Below, piece by piece: positions 24,781 to 37,399 of a DNA stretch of 64,000 nucleotides (position 1 is the stretch's first letter; every line of letters starts with the position of its first letter). This DNA comes from Somniosus microcephalus. Taxonomy: Eukaryota. The position numbers and the translations under genes were made by a program. Location: assembly GCA_052327205.1 (NCBI GenBank), contig JBMRGM010000043.1:31062001-31126000 (forward strand). Direction: 5' to 3'. Below the pieces are notes generated by a model that made no database searches, was not told where the DNA came from, and saw nothing but the letters and a program-made list of their open reading frames with translations.

Positions 24781-25831
24781 TAGTTTTTTTTCACTCACCT
24801 ATGAGCAAACATTATGATTATATTTTTTAAATTACTGGTGTAAGGGAGAGCAACATACCAGGCACCATTTTGAATTTCAGGCTCATTTAATATATGCTGC
24901 CAAACCTGGAGTTAACAAAGCTGAAGAGATAACAGTTACTTTGATTTAGCTTGAACTAAACTGACGGCTTCAAGGCTTTTGGCAACGAAATTTATAATTG
25001 TAGATCTTTAATGTTAATGTCTGATGCAATTTACTGGCATTTAGACTGGAGTGATTCCTTACGGTCAAATGTCATTGAGACTGCCTTGCTGTGAGATGCT
25101 GACGTCAGCGCTCTGTTGTCTGTTTAGCCAATGCACCACAAGAGATGAAAACAGGAACAAATAACGGGGTTTGCATCTTTAGTGTACCACAGGCTCTTTT
25201 AGCAGAACCTCATCTATTTTAATAACATGACATTAGTTGTGGGACCATGTCAGCCACAGCTAGTTCCACAGCTTAATGCGGTAAATCTTAAATGATGATA
25301 AGTAATTCTTAACTTGTCTGTTCTTGGCCTTATAATCGCCCCCATGTTTTATTTGTTGCACAGCACATAAAATCCACCTTGTGAAAATAATTGGCCAAAT
25401 TAAATACTTGAATCATTCACCTCATTGAATCCTAGCTGGACAAAAGGCCCAGGTTCTACATGCTAAACAATGAAATACACACACATCTGCATTGATCATT
25501 GACCTTTTTGCAATTATTTTTGAAAAGGTTGCAGCATTAGGCGTTGCCTTAGTAGTGTGATTCCTCTGGTCTGAGGCGTGATAAAATATTTCTGCAGCCA
25601 GCTGCTTGATCATGCACTGTCTTCACGAGCAACATTTGCCACCCAGTCAAAACTTGTGATGCTGATTAGGCTAAAGATGATTTAAATGATGATAGAAACA
25701 TTTGAAATGGAGTAGCCCATTCAGCCCTTCGAGGCTGCTGATTTTTCATTCAACTATACAATGGGTGATCTGTACCTCAACTCCAATGACCCCCTTTTGC
25801 TCAATATACATTGTTGCCCTCACTCAACTAG

Positions 25832-26225
25832 TGTCAGCCGTGGCTCAGTGAGCAGCATGCTCGACTCTGAGTCAGAAGGCTCGTGCATTCAAGTCGCACT
25901 CCAGAGATTTGGGCAAAAAATCTGGGATCAAACTCCAGTGCAGTGCTGTGGGAGTGCAGCATTTTCAGAGGTGCCGTCTTTCGGATGATACGTTAAAGCG
26001 AGGCCCCGTCGGGGAGATTATCCCCGGTGCCCTGGGCAATATTTGTCCTTCAGTCAACATAACATAAACAGATTATCTGGTCATTATCATCATCACTGTG
26101 TGAAAATTGACTGCTACTCTTCCTACAGTGACTACACTTCAAAAGTACTCCACTGGCTGCAAAGCGCTTTGGGAAGTCCTGAGGTTGTGAATGGCGCTCT
26201 AAAAATGCAAGTCTTTCTTTTTTTA
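25832..26225 (+). mobile_element. DeuSINE-like (SacSINE1-type) tRNA-derived SINE
   Basis: gccgtggctcagtg head, ccagtgcagtgctg..gaggtgccgtctttcggatga core, aaagcgctttggga..gcaagtctttcttt tail. Confidence 0.75.
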
Positions 26226-26786
26226 ACTAAAATATATCTTGATCGCCGTATTGGCCGTTCCAATTTACCACCAGATTCCACAGCGCTCTTACCGGAGTGA
26301 GTTGCAATTTCTCAATACACAATGCATGAAAAGGTGCTTCCTGATTTCCATCCTAAATGGACTATCACTAATTTTGAAGAAATGTTCTCTTCTCCATGAC
26401 AGAACAAACACACTCATTGGCTCTCAGAACAATGACTCATTTCAATCTTTGTCAGTTTCCTTTCATCCGGCAGCAACTTTCCCATGTAGTACTCAGACCA
26501 TTAGGATCTTCAACAATAAAAACATCTTATCTTTCTTCGTGAGATGGTCAATTGACATAATTCGATGTATTAATATTTTACATTTACATCAACAGAACTG
26601 AATACCTGGCAGAACGTATAGACTAGCAGCAAATGTGGTACCGCCTGTTTTGTGTCCCTGCCGAAGTCGAATTTCTCCCCCTGGGTATTTCCTCTATTCA
26701 GCTGCCTTACAGATGAGCAGCTTTGGTCAAATTTGAAGATGGTCTCAGATAATGAAACACATTTTACATTGTCTTCTCTCTTTCAG

Positions 26787-26816
26787 TGCAAGTTACTCAT
26801 CAGTCGAACACACAAG
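26787..26816 (+). CDS. Leader mini-exon S2 copy 1 (xQVTHQSNTQ)
   Basis: Strong polypyrimidine tract + cag| acceptor, G|gtatga donor, 30 nt, phase 1-1. Paralog of 36110-36139. Confidence 0.62.
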
Positions 26817-27589
26817 GTATGATGACAATAATCTGCATTATTGATAATCCAGTTTGTGGAATGAACGCTTCCAATTTATAGCTATAGGACAGCAGCAATC
26901 AAGCAATGAAGTCATTTTCAGCTTCCGCCCGAGCGTGAAACTGCGTTCTGGAATCGCCACCTATAATGGAAAAGCTCGATCATCATTTTCATTGATTCAG
27001 GGTGAATTGAAAGTGGGCGGTTTCTCTAATGGTCGGCCAATCAGAACCCCATTTGTAAGCCTCAACGTAAAGTTTAATGTCTACCACAATATATTAAAGA
27101 CAAAGTGACCTATAAATTGGTGTGGGTAACTGTCAGCTCATCAGCTGAGGATTGGAAGCGTGTAATCATAATTGAGTAAATAAATGGATGGATAGATCGA
27201 CAGGTCTAAGATGAAATAATAACAAATGTTGATGAAATTAGGGTGTTACTCTTGTGTTCCACATAATAGACTTGTTTGTGAAATAGAAATCAAAGTATTA
27301 AGGACAACATAAGGGGCGTCAGCTTATCATAAGAAGGGACACGTGACCTTCAATTGCCACGATTGTCGCTATGGCTTTTCGGGTTATAGATCTATTGGTC
27401 GTTAATCAAGTGCTTTTAAGGAAATATTCTAAAGGATGTCATACCTGTACTTTAACATATTCCAATATATACTTACTTTATATTTCTTCTGAGTAATATA
27501 CAACATTTTCAGTCTGTTGTTATCTACATATCGATGTATCTCTTTTTGATTGTCTTACCATCTATCTAAGTATCTGTCTGTTTATTCAT

Positions 27590-28300
27590 CGACAGTATAG
27601 CAAATAATCAAAGGCAGGCACCAATAGGACAGATTAGGTTCCAGTCATAAATTGTATCAGTAAAATAGTCCAGGTACTAACCATAGACCTGTATCATTAG
27701 GACAGTGTAATTGATAAACATAGGCCTGTATGAGTAGGAAATAAAGTTTGAAAAATGTGCCGATACCAAAAGGACAGTATAGTTACAAATCAAAAACCTG
27801 CAGCAATAGGACAACATAAACAGTCATCAAAATACCTCAGCCAGTATGACAGATAAGGTATTAATCATAGGCCTGCATCAATAGGACGGTATAGATAGAT
27901 AATGATTAGAGACATGCAGCAGTCGGACACTGCAGGCATTAATCATAGACCTGTATCAGAAGGACTGTGAATGTACTGAGCATTGACCAGCACCAGTAGG
28001 GCTATATATGTTGTAATTACTAACTGCATGAGTAGTAAATTAAAAGTTCCTTATCTAGTGCCTCTGTGTCGCATCCAGTTCTAGACCAACACCAATAGAA
28101 CTGTGGAGATTCTAAATAGATTTCACTGCAGTAGTATAGAGTTGGTATTTATCGGCGATCTGGGCAATGGGGACAGTATAGCTACTAAAAGCTGACCTGT
28201 ACTAGTGGTGGAGTCAAGTACTGATGACATACATTCTGCAGTGGGAGAGTCGAGGCAGCAATCATAGACCTGCACCAGTAGGTGAAACCTAGAGAGAGCT
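27590..28300. repeat. Degenerate minisatellite, ~36-37 bp unit (approx. atcatagacctgcatcagtaggacagtataggtacta)
   Basis: Recurring catagacctg/cataggcctg and taggacag words at about 36 bp spacing. Confidence 0.7.
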
Positions 28301-28342
28301 CCAGAGAGGAACAGAACTATGCGGCTCAAGGAGTTGCCCCAT

Positions 28343-31265
28343 ATAAGCCTGGTTTTAGGCTTCATTAATTTGAGTCGAATCACCTAGTTGCTAAACATTA
28401 CTGACTGGATTAAACTCTCGGGACTTAAATGGTTAATTATGCCAGGGTGCAACAGTTTCAGTGGTCTGATGTTTCACTGGTATTAGCACTTCGCCTCCGT
28501 TCCCCCTCTACAGATGTACCAGGCCACACACACACAGAGCTGGGGTGACCACTTCCCTAAGCCCTTGAAAAAAACAAGCCTTCAAACTGGGGCCACAGAG
28601 CAGGCCAGTCTCTCTTTTAACGTTATAAACTGCGGTTAGAATAAATCATATTGAAAACAGTTTCAAGCGATGACTCCGGCCTGGAATCCAACTGTTCTCT
28701 TCTGATAAAAATTAATTTTAAAACTGACAGGGCTCAGTTAACTTTTCAGCGTTAGGTTGGATTCGTCACCGTGTACGGTTTAATTTCCTCTTGTCTCAAA
28801 TGTGGTCAGAAGTCAAAGTGATCTCAGTGTGCAGTCGCCTGGAGCATGGACAGTGAGCCCCACAGCTGCAGACTGCTGTCGGGGCACTCGCTCCAGCCGC
28901 TGTCTCCTCATTCCCCATAAGTACAGACTCGGGATCTGCGTGTGCGGGCGTTTGGTACTGAAGAATTAGCACAGAGTCAGCGGCTGAATGTGATTCTATG
29001 ATCTCACTTTTCAGGTGAACAGAACTGAAAACAGCTGATCCGAAGCTCGCGTCTTCACAGAGGGAGGTGGACTGCTGCTCAGGTCCCCCGCATTCGAAAT
29101 GAAGCACATCTGTCGCCTTCGGATCTTCTGTAAGTGAATCTCAAATATATCCAGTGCCTTTGAAAATCAACGCCACTCACCCCTGACCGTTAATCAGGTT
29201 AATAAGACTCATCCCGTGAGAGGGATCATCACACTAAATTAATATTCAGAGTTTATTAAGTTCAAACATTCAATTATACTGCATTGAAATGTCATTTCCA
29301 TGCTTCAGTTTTAATCAGAATTTAGTGGAACAACAGAAATAAATTTGATTAGTCAGGCTAACAGGATCTTTCTGCTCATCTAAGGTTGCAGCCGACTTTA
29401 GACACATCTAAACGGTCCAATATTTATTATTTTACCAATTATTTACCCTCACCTGCAGAAACTGCTTGCACTTTTCTTATTGTTGTCGTTTTGTTAATTA
29501 AAAAAAAATATTTATGCGCTTCATATCAAGTTTCAGCGTTGGCTCAGTTGACTCACTCTTACAAATTGCTATTAATACATGCGGTGAGATTTACAGTGTG
29601 TGGGTTCTGTGGGTAGATGATAAACTTGGTGCACTTGATGATTTCGAGTGCGGCAGGCACGCTTCTTGTTAACAACTGCCACAGAGAGAGAGAGAAAGAG
29701 AGAGAGGGGGAGAGAGGCGGAGCGGGAGAGGGAGTCAGAGCGAGATACAATCAGATAGGGACAGAGAGAGACAGATAGACAGAGATTGTAAGAAAGTAAC
29801 AATGAAGCTGTCCACGAAGGAGAGTGACAGAGAGAGGGAGAGAGGGCAGGAGTTTTTTTTTCAACTCAGTTTTGCAGATTCACTATATGAAGGGCTTATT
29901 TTATTTTCTGTTGTGAGGGAGAAAATACACATTAACGGGACGACATCCCTTGAGTTAATAAAGCTGAGGAGAACAAATTTACTATGATTTTACTTGACCT
30001 AAACTGACGGCTTAAGGGTGTTTGGCAGGGAATTTTAAAATGCTGGATCTTTAAAATTAATTTCTGATGCTGTTTACTGGAATTTAGACAGAAGTGACTC
30101 TTTATGGTTACAGGACATTGAGGCTGCCTTCCTGTGAGATGCTGGCGTCAGCGCTCTATTGTCTTGTTAACCACTGGATCACAAGCCCAGCAAACAGGAA
30201 CAAACAACAGGGTTTGCATCTTTAATGTACCATCGACTCTTTCGCCAGAATCTCATCTATTTTAACAACTTGACATTAGTTGTGGGACCATGTTGGTCAC
30301 AGCTAGTTCCACAGATTAATGAGGTAGAGCTTAAAATATGTGGTTAATCTCAAATTGTTCTTTCTTGAGCTTATAATAAGCCACATGAGTTATGTGTTGC
30401 ACTGCACATAAAACCCACTTTTTGGAAAGAATTGTCCTAACTGAATGCTTCAATCATTCACCCTATTGAATCTTAGCTTGACAAGTCCCAGGTTCGACAT
30501 GTTGAACAATGAAATACAGACACATCTGCATTGACCATTGACCATTTTGCAATTATTTTTGCAAAGTTTGCAGCAACAGGTATTGCCTTAGTAGTGTGAT
30601 TCCTGTGGTCTGAGGCCGACAAAAGCTTTCTGCTGCTTTCTGCTTCTAGCTGCTGGGTCATGTACTGTCTTCACGAGTATCAGTTGCAACCAAGTCAATA
30701 CTTGTAATTCTGATTCGGTTAAAGATAAGTTAACTGATAATAGGAACATAACAACAGGAGTAGGTCATTCAGCCCTTCGAGGCTGCTCTGTCATTCAACT
30801 ATATCATGGTTAATCTGCACCTCCACTCCAATTACCCCACCTTGCTCAATATCCAATGTTACTCTTCCTCAACTAGTGTCAGCCGTGGCTCAGTGTATAG
30901 CATTCTCGCCTCTGAGTCAGAAGGTTCGTCCATTCCGGTCCCACAACAGGGACTTGAGCACAATCAACTAAGCTGACACTCCAGTGCAGTGCTGAGGGAG
31001 TGCTGCAATGTCGGATTTGCCGCCTTTCGGAGGAGACGCTAAAGTGAGGCCCCGTCAGGGGAGTTATCCCAGGTGCCCTGGCCAATATTTCACCCTCAAT
31101 CACCTAACAAAAACAGATAATCCTGTCATTATCAACATCACTGTGTGGAAATTGACAGCTACGTTTCCTACAGTGACTGCACTTCAAAGGTACTCCATTG
31201 GCTGCAAAGCGCATTGTGAAGCCCTGAGGTTGTGAACGGCGCTATAGGAATGCAAGGCCTTTTTT
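28343..31265 (+). pseudogene. Orphan FCRL-like gene relic 2: promoter + leader exon S1 (29099-29129, MKHICRLRIF) + part of intron 1
   Basis: Colinear with 22453-26225 and ends at the SINE tail. No S2 exon. Leu>Arg in the leader core. Confidence 0.72.
30878..31265 (+). mobile_element. DeuSINE-like SINE (duplicated with the block)
   Basis: Same element and position as 25832-26225 and 34435-34780. Confidence 0.75.
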
Positions 31266-31934
31266 CGTTGTCTGCAATGAGATGGGTAAACTTATCTAGA
31301 GTCAAAAAATTAATGTTAAAATATAATTAGAATATTTGTTCTGGTAGAGCAAAGTTAACGGTTACCTGGAGTGAGTCGGATAGGCGGAATAGATTGGGCA
31401 GCTCAAGCAGATACACTGGATAAGCCTGTGTTTAGAATTTATTTTAAAATTGCAAGAGCTCATTTCACTTTTCAGCGTTAGGTTGGAATCGTCATCACGT
31501 TAGGTTTAAGTTCCCCTTTTCTCCAATTTGGTCAGAAGTCATAGTGATCTCTGCGCGCAGTCGCATGGAGAATGGCCAGTGAGCTCCACAGCTGCAGACT
31601 GATCCTGGGGAACTCACTCCAGCCGCTGTCTCCTCATTCCCCGTAAGTACAGACTCGGGATCTGCGCGTGCGGGCGTTTGGTACTGAAGAAGTAGAACAG
31701 TGTCAGCGGCTTATTGTGGGCGGGTACATTTGTTGGGTGCAGGAGTGGGAAGCGGAGCCATGCGCTTGGGAATAGGTTGCTCTGTGTTTGATGGATTCGA
31801 TTTGTTCAGGCTCTCTGTGGAAATGTTAACCCAAATCTGAATAAATAGAGGCTGCATTGAAATAAACAGAATTATGATCCATGAGTTTTAAAAATTGGCT
31901 TGGCTCTCTTAAAGGCGAGCGACTGTCTGCAAAG

Positions 31935-32047
31935 TGGAAAAATGCAATGTTGGGGAATGGCAGGGGAGTGGGAACAATTAGCAAGTTCTTTCGAAGAACC
32001 GGCACAGGCATCATGGCCGAATGGCCTCCTTCTGTGCTGTATGATTT
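31935..32047 (+). mobile_element. CR1 3' tail immediately upstream of the gene 2 promoter
   Basis: ggggagtggga..ccggcacaggc..ggccgaatggcctccttctgtgctgtatgatt. Also present at 23325-23428. Confidence 0.75.
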
Positions 32048-32050
32048 TTA

Positions 32051-32090
32051 ATTTCACTTTCCAGATAAAAGGAACTGAAAACAGCTGATA
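32051..32090 (+). promoter_or_regulatory. Putative leukocyte promoter of gene 2: IRF/ISRE-like site, GATA, ETS-IRF composite (EICE) and E-box
   Basis: tttcactttcc (reverse complement GGAAAGTGAAA) at 32052-32062, agataa at 32063, GGAACTGAAA at 32071-32080, CAGCTG at 32082-32087. All lie about 60-100 nt before the ATG. Motif match only. Confidence 0.5.
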
Positions 32091-32148
32091 CGAAGGGAGC
32101 CTTTTCACAGAGGGAAAGGAGCTTCTGCTTGGAGCCCCCACTTTCGAA

Positions 32149-32179
32149 ATGAAGCACATCTGTCGCCTTCTGATTTTCT
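32149..32179 (+). CDS. Gene 2 leader exon S1 (MKHICRLLIF)
   Basis: aaATGa start, 31 nt, T|gtaagt perfect donor. Joins S2 and exon A in frame to give MKHICRLLIFLQITHQATTQ-APGPEV. Confidence 0.7.
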
Positions 32180-34434
32180 GTAAGTGATTCTCAAATATTG
32201 CCAGTGCCTTTGAAAATCTGCGTCACTCACCCCGGACCCACAATCAGAATAATAAGGCTCATTCTGTAAAAGTCAGCGATGCACTAAATTGATATTGACA
32301 GTTTCTGAAAGGAAGACATTCATTTAAAATGCGTTGAAATGTCATTTTCTATGTTTCTGTTTTAATCAGAATTTAGTGCAACAACAGACCTAAGTTTGAT
32401 TATTCAAGGTAACAGGATCTTTCCGCTCATCTAAGAGATCACTTTTGCTATAACAGGTTGCAGCTCAATAGGATTGCTTCTAAACAGCCTAATATTTTTT
32501 AATTTACCAATTATTTAGCCTCACCTGCAGAAACTGCTTTCAAATTTCTAATTCTTGTAGTTTTGTTTATAAGTAGGAATTAACATTTTTATGCAATTCA
32601 TACCAAGTGTCAGCGTTGTCCCAGTTGTTTCACTCTTACTAAATGCTATTAATAAATGCGGTGAGCTTTGCTGTGCTTGGTCTCTGTGGCTAGCTGTTAA
32701 TCTTGGTCTGTATCATTGCTTCATGATTTTGTGTGGCCCAGGCTGGCTTCTTGTTTAACATCTGCTATAGGGAGACAGGGAGATAGATGCATTTAAAGAG
32801 AGGGAGAAACTTTCACACATACACACACACACAGCTAACGAAAAATGTGGAGAGAGACCGAGGCAGAGATAGAGTCAAAGAGAGAGAGAGCAAAAGTGAG
32901 AGAAAGAGATGGAGTCAATGTGTCAGAGTGAAAGTGGAAGATTAACACACGAGAGAGACAGAGTCAAAGAGATACAGCAAGTCATAGACACACATGACTG
33001 GGAGAGACACACAAAAAGAGGCAGAGAGAGAGAAAATGAGGGAGAGACAAGGAGGTGCAGACTCAGAGTGAGAGAGACATAGATTGAATGAAACAACATG
33101 CAGTGACACTGATAGTCAATGAGAGAGAGAGCGTCAAATTGACAGACAGAGCAACTGAGAGTGACATTCAGAAAGTGAGACTGACATAAGGTAGGTCAGA
33201 GAGAGGGTGAGGCCGAGGGATCTATGGGCAAACAGATGAAGACTGGCAAAGTTTGAAAGAGAGAGATTGAGTCAGCGAGGGAGAGACAGAGAGAGCGAGA
33301 AACAGACAAACAGAAGGCAAACATTCAGAGAGGCGGTGGGCTAAAGTTTTCGTGAGAGAAAGCGAGAGAGAGCGAAAGAGAGATATGCAGTGCGAGAGAC
33401 ACACAGATAGCGACATAGCGAGACAGAGATAGAGCATTAGTATTTTTTTCAATGCAGCAATATAATTATATTTTTTTAATTCCTGGTGTAAGGGAGAACA
33501 AAATACAGCAATGTGCTAACCGGGCACCATTTTGAATTTCAGGCTCATTTAATATCTGCTGCCTAACCTGGAGTTAACAAAGCTGAAGAGATAACATTTA
33601 CTTTGATTTAACTTGACCTAAACTGGCGGCTTCAAGGATTATGGCAGCGAACTTTATAATTGTGGATCTTTAATATTAATGTCTGATGCAATTTACTTGA
33701 ATTTAGACAGAAGTGACTGATTATGGTCAAATGCCATTGAAACTGACTTGCTGTGAGATGCTGACGTCAGCACTCTATTGTCTTGTTAACCACTGGACCA
33801 CAAGAGCAGAAAACAGGAACAAACAACAGGGTTTGCATCTTTAGTGTACCACCGACTCTTTCACCATAATCTCAACTATTTTAATAACATGCCATTAGTT
33901 GTGGGACCATGGTAGCCACAGCTAGTTCCACAGCTTAATGCGCTAATTCTTAAATGATAATTAGTAATTCGTAACCTGTTTGTTCTTGAGCTTATAATCA
34001 CCCCCATGTTTCATTTGTTGCACAGCACATAACACCCACCTTGTGAAAATAATTGGCCAAATTGAATACTTGAAACATTCACCCTATTGAATCCAAACTG
34101 GACAGAAGGCCCAGGTTTTACATGTTAAACAATGAAATACAGAGACATCTGAATTGATCATTGAACCAGCATCAGATATTGCCTAATTAGTGTGATTCCT
34201 CTGGTCTGAGGCGTGAAAAAATCGTCCTGCAGCCAGCTGCTTGGTCATGTACTGTCTTCACGAGCAACATTTGCAACCCAGTCAAAACTTGACATGCTGA
34301 TTAGGATAAAGATGTTTTAAATTATGATGGAAACATATGAAAACGAGTAGCCCATTCAGCCCTTCGAGGCTGCTCTGTTATTGAATTATATCATGGTTGA
34401 ACTGTACCTCTACTCCAATGAGCCCCCTTTGCTC

Positions 34435-34780
34435 ATGTTCGTGGATTCAAGTAGCAGACCAAAGACTTGAGCACAAAAATCTGGGATCAAATTCCAGTGC
34501 AGTGCTGTGGGAGTGCTGCACTTTCGGTGGTGCCGTGTTTCAGATGATACGTTAATGCGAGGCCCCTTCGGGGAGATTATCCCTGGAGCCCTGGGCAATA
34601 TTTGTCCTTCAATCAACATAACAAAAACAGATTATCTGGTCATTATTATCAACACTGTGTGAAAATTGACAGCTATGTTTCCTACAGTGACTACACTTCA
34701 AAAGTACACCATTGGCTGCAAAGCGCTTTGGGAAGTCCTGAGGTTGTGATAGGCGCTATGGAAATGCACGTCTTTATTTT
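34435..34780 (+). mobile_element. DeuSINE-like SINE, 5'-deleted copy
   Basis: Paralog of 25832-26225 lacking the tRNA head. Confidence 0.7.
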
Positions 34781-35082
34781 ATTAACTAAAATCAATCTTG
34801 ATCTCCATAATCAAAGTTCCAATTTATGCGCAGATTGCACAGCGTTCTTAGCGGATTGAGTTGCAATTTCTCACTACGCATTGTGTGAAAAGGTGCTTCT
34901 TCATTTCCATTTTAAATGGCCTATCACAAATTTTAAAGTAAAATTTCCTTCTCCATGACAGAGCAAACACACTCAGTGGCTCTCGGAACAATGATTCATT
35001 TCAATCTTTGTCAGTTCCCTTTCATCTGGCAGCAACTTTTCCATGTAGTCCTCAGACCATTAGGATCTTCAAAAAAAACCTT

Positions 35083-35850
35083 GGCCCGTAAATTCGGTTC
35101 TCCACGGGTGAGCACGCATGGGGTACTCTCCCGTAAGCCCAATGGAAGTGCCGGTTTAGTGCAAGCACTTTGTATGCGGGGGGAGACCGGCGCTTCTGTT
35201 CCCCCGAAAGAAGGGATTCAGAGGTTGACAGCGTGCACGGGAGAAGCTGCGCATGCGCATCCAAGTTACGTTTATTTTGCAGATTTTCCCAGGAGGGTAT
35301 GTCTCCAGAAGTTACACGTTAAAAACCAGGTGTGAGGCCTGCTTTTTACAAGGTAAGTGCGGTGAATTAACTAAAATTAAAAAAAAATTTCCTCAGGTTT
35401 ATTATTTTAAAATACTTTAAAGCAAGGTAAGTTTATTTTTAAACCCGTTAGAAAATAAAATTATTCTTTTCATAAATGTAAATTATTGTTTAAAATAGTT
35501 ATTTCATGTAATTTATAGTTTATTTAAAAAACTGTGACGAATTTTTAAAATCATTTGAAGATTTAGTGATGTTTTGGGTCCCGTAGTATTGATAAGTTTT
35601 GACAGCTCTTCCTGTCAAACTTATGAATGGGCATTCCCTGCTCCGATTGGCTCTCCATGGCGCACGTGATCCGAGGGAATGCATTGAACTAACTGCGCCC
35701 TTGGGATACGCAAGCACTCTGCGCCGGCAGTTGGAGCATGCCCAGGATCGGAATTCCACGCGGGCCCACAGCTCAACGTCAGGCGCGCAAAGTAAGTGCA
35801 GGTCGGGGGCTTGCACCCGCGGGAAGCCCACGACCCGAATTTCTGGGCCC
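35083..35850. mobile_element. Non-autonomous TIR element (MITE-like), ~770 bp
   Basis: Imperfect TIRs (ggcccgtaaattcgg / ccgaatttctgggcc) around an AT-rich core. Absent at the paralogous site near 26525. Confidence 0.75.
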
Positions 35851-36109
35851 TTATCTTTGTTCGTGAGAGGGTCAATCGACATAATTCGATGTATTATTAT
35901 TTACATTCACATCACCTGAACTGAATACCTGGCGGCATGTATAGACTGGCGGCAAATGCGGTACCGCCTATTTTATGTCCCTGCCAAAGTCGAATTTCAC
36001 CCCCTCGGTGTTCCCTCTATTCAGCTGCATTACAGCTTAGCAGCTTAGGTCAAACTTGAAGATGGTCTCAGATAATGAAACATATTTTACATTGTCTTCT
36101 CTCTTTCAG

Positions 36110-36139
36110 TGCAAATTACTCATCAGGCGACCACACAAG
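36110..36139 (+). CDS. Gene 2 leader mini-exon S2 (LQITHQATTQ)
   Basis: tcttctctctttcag| acceptor, G|gtatga donor, 30 nt, phase 1-1. Confidence 0.72.
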
Positions 36140-36519
36140 GTATGATGACAATAATGTCCATTCGGTTTGTGGAATGAACGCTTCCAATTTATAGCTAAAG
36201 GACAGTAACAATCCAACAATTGAGTAATTTTCAGTTGTTCGCCCGAGCATAAAACTGACCTTCTGGATACGCGAAGTTAATTGATTCAGTGGGAATGTAA
36301 AGTGGGCGGTTTCTCTCACGGTCGGCCAATCAGAACCGCAGTTTTAAGCCTCAGCACCAAATTTAATGTCGACCACAATATGTTAAAGACAAAGTGACCT
36401 ATAAATTGGTCTGGGTAACTGCCAGCTCAGTCACCTGAGGATTGGCAGCGAGTAATAATAAATGAGTAATTATATGGATTGATAAATAAACAGTTCTTTG
36501 ATGAAGTAACAGCATGTGT

Positions 36520-37065
36520 TGATGAAATTAGTGCGTTAATGTTGTGTATAGGCTTTCAAAAAGCGCTTAATGAAGTTCCACATAACAGGTTTGTTAGCAA
36601 AATTGAAATCCATGTGAATAAGGGGAAGTGGCAGTGTGGATAAGAAATGGACTGAGACAAATAGCAGAGATTGGTTGTGAAGTGAATATTCAGTGGTGTC
36701 TGTATTGGGACCTCTGTTCTGTCTGATAATTATATATCACTAGGACTTGGGTATACAGGGGTACAATTACAAACCTTGCAGAAGTCATGAAGCTCGGAAA
36801 TGTAGCTAGCAATGCGAAAGATAGAAACAGACATCAGAAGGATAAAGACAGACTGGTGAAATGGGCAGACACATGGCTGATGCAAATGAATGCTGGAAAT
36901 TGCAAAGGACATTTACTAAAAGTGTACCAGGGACACGGGATTTCAGTTGCATGGAGAAACGAGAGCTGTTCTCCTTTGAGCACAGAAGTTTAAGGTGTGA
37001 CTTGATAGAGGTGTTCAAAATCATGAAAGGTTTTGATACAGTAAATAAGGAGACACTGTTTAAAT
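36520..37065 (+). mobile_element. Highly degraded CR1 RT fragment
   Basis: Remnants of FQKA..VPH, DRLVKWADTWLM and DLIEVFKIMKGFD. Confidence 0.75.
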
Positions 37066-37399
37066 TTAAGTTAATTGATAGATTTAAAACGCCTACCGCC
37101 TGATACAGGGAGGCGATTGTGCCGCCCAAACATTGGTCCTTGTGAAAATGGTAGGGGGCAGAGTGTCGGCGTTAAATGGATGGTAAGTCTACCGACCCCA
37201 TGTCGAGGCCGTTACCACCCGATTTCAGCAAGTTAATTTCACTTCATGAATAGAAATTTCGATCAATAGACACCCGATATGTCGCACCTGGTTGGGACAC
37301 TGAGTAGAAATTACCCACTGTACTTACTACAGTGTATAGTGCAAAGACTGGAAGTTTCCAAATTTCTAATCATAAATTCCATTTATTGTCCTTCTGCAG

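Larger units (their letters stand above)
22300..27490 (+). pseudogene. Orphan FCRL-like gene relic 1: promoter + leader exon 1 + intron 1 + leader mini-exon, Ig exons deleted
   Basis: Colinear paralog of 31270-36540. S1 at 23527-23557, S2 at 26787-26816. 27300-27490 matches the intron just upstream of exon B (38435-38640), but no Ig exon follows. Confidence 0.75.

Noticed and set aside
27590-28300. CRISPR-like array
   Set aside because: Eukaryotic context, and the units are contiguous and degenerate with no unique spacers. It is a minisatellite.
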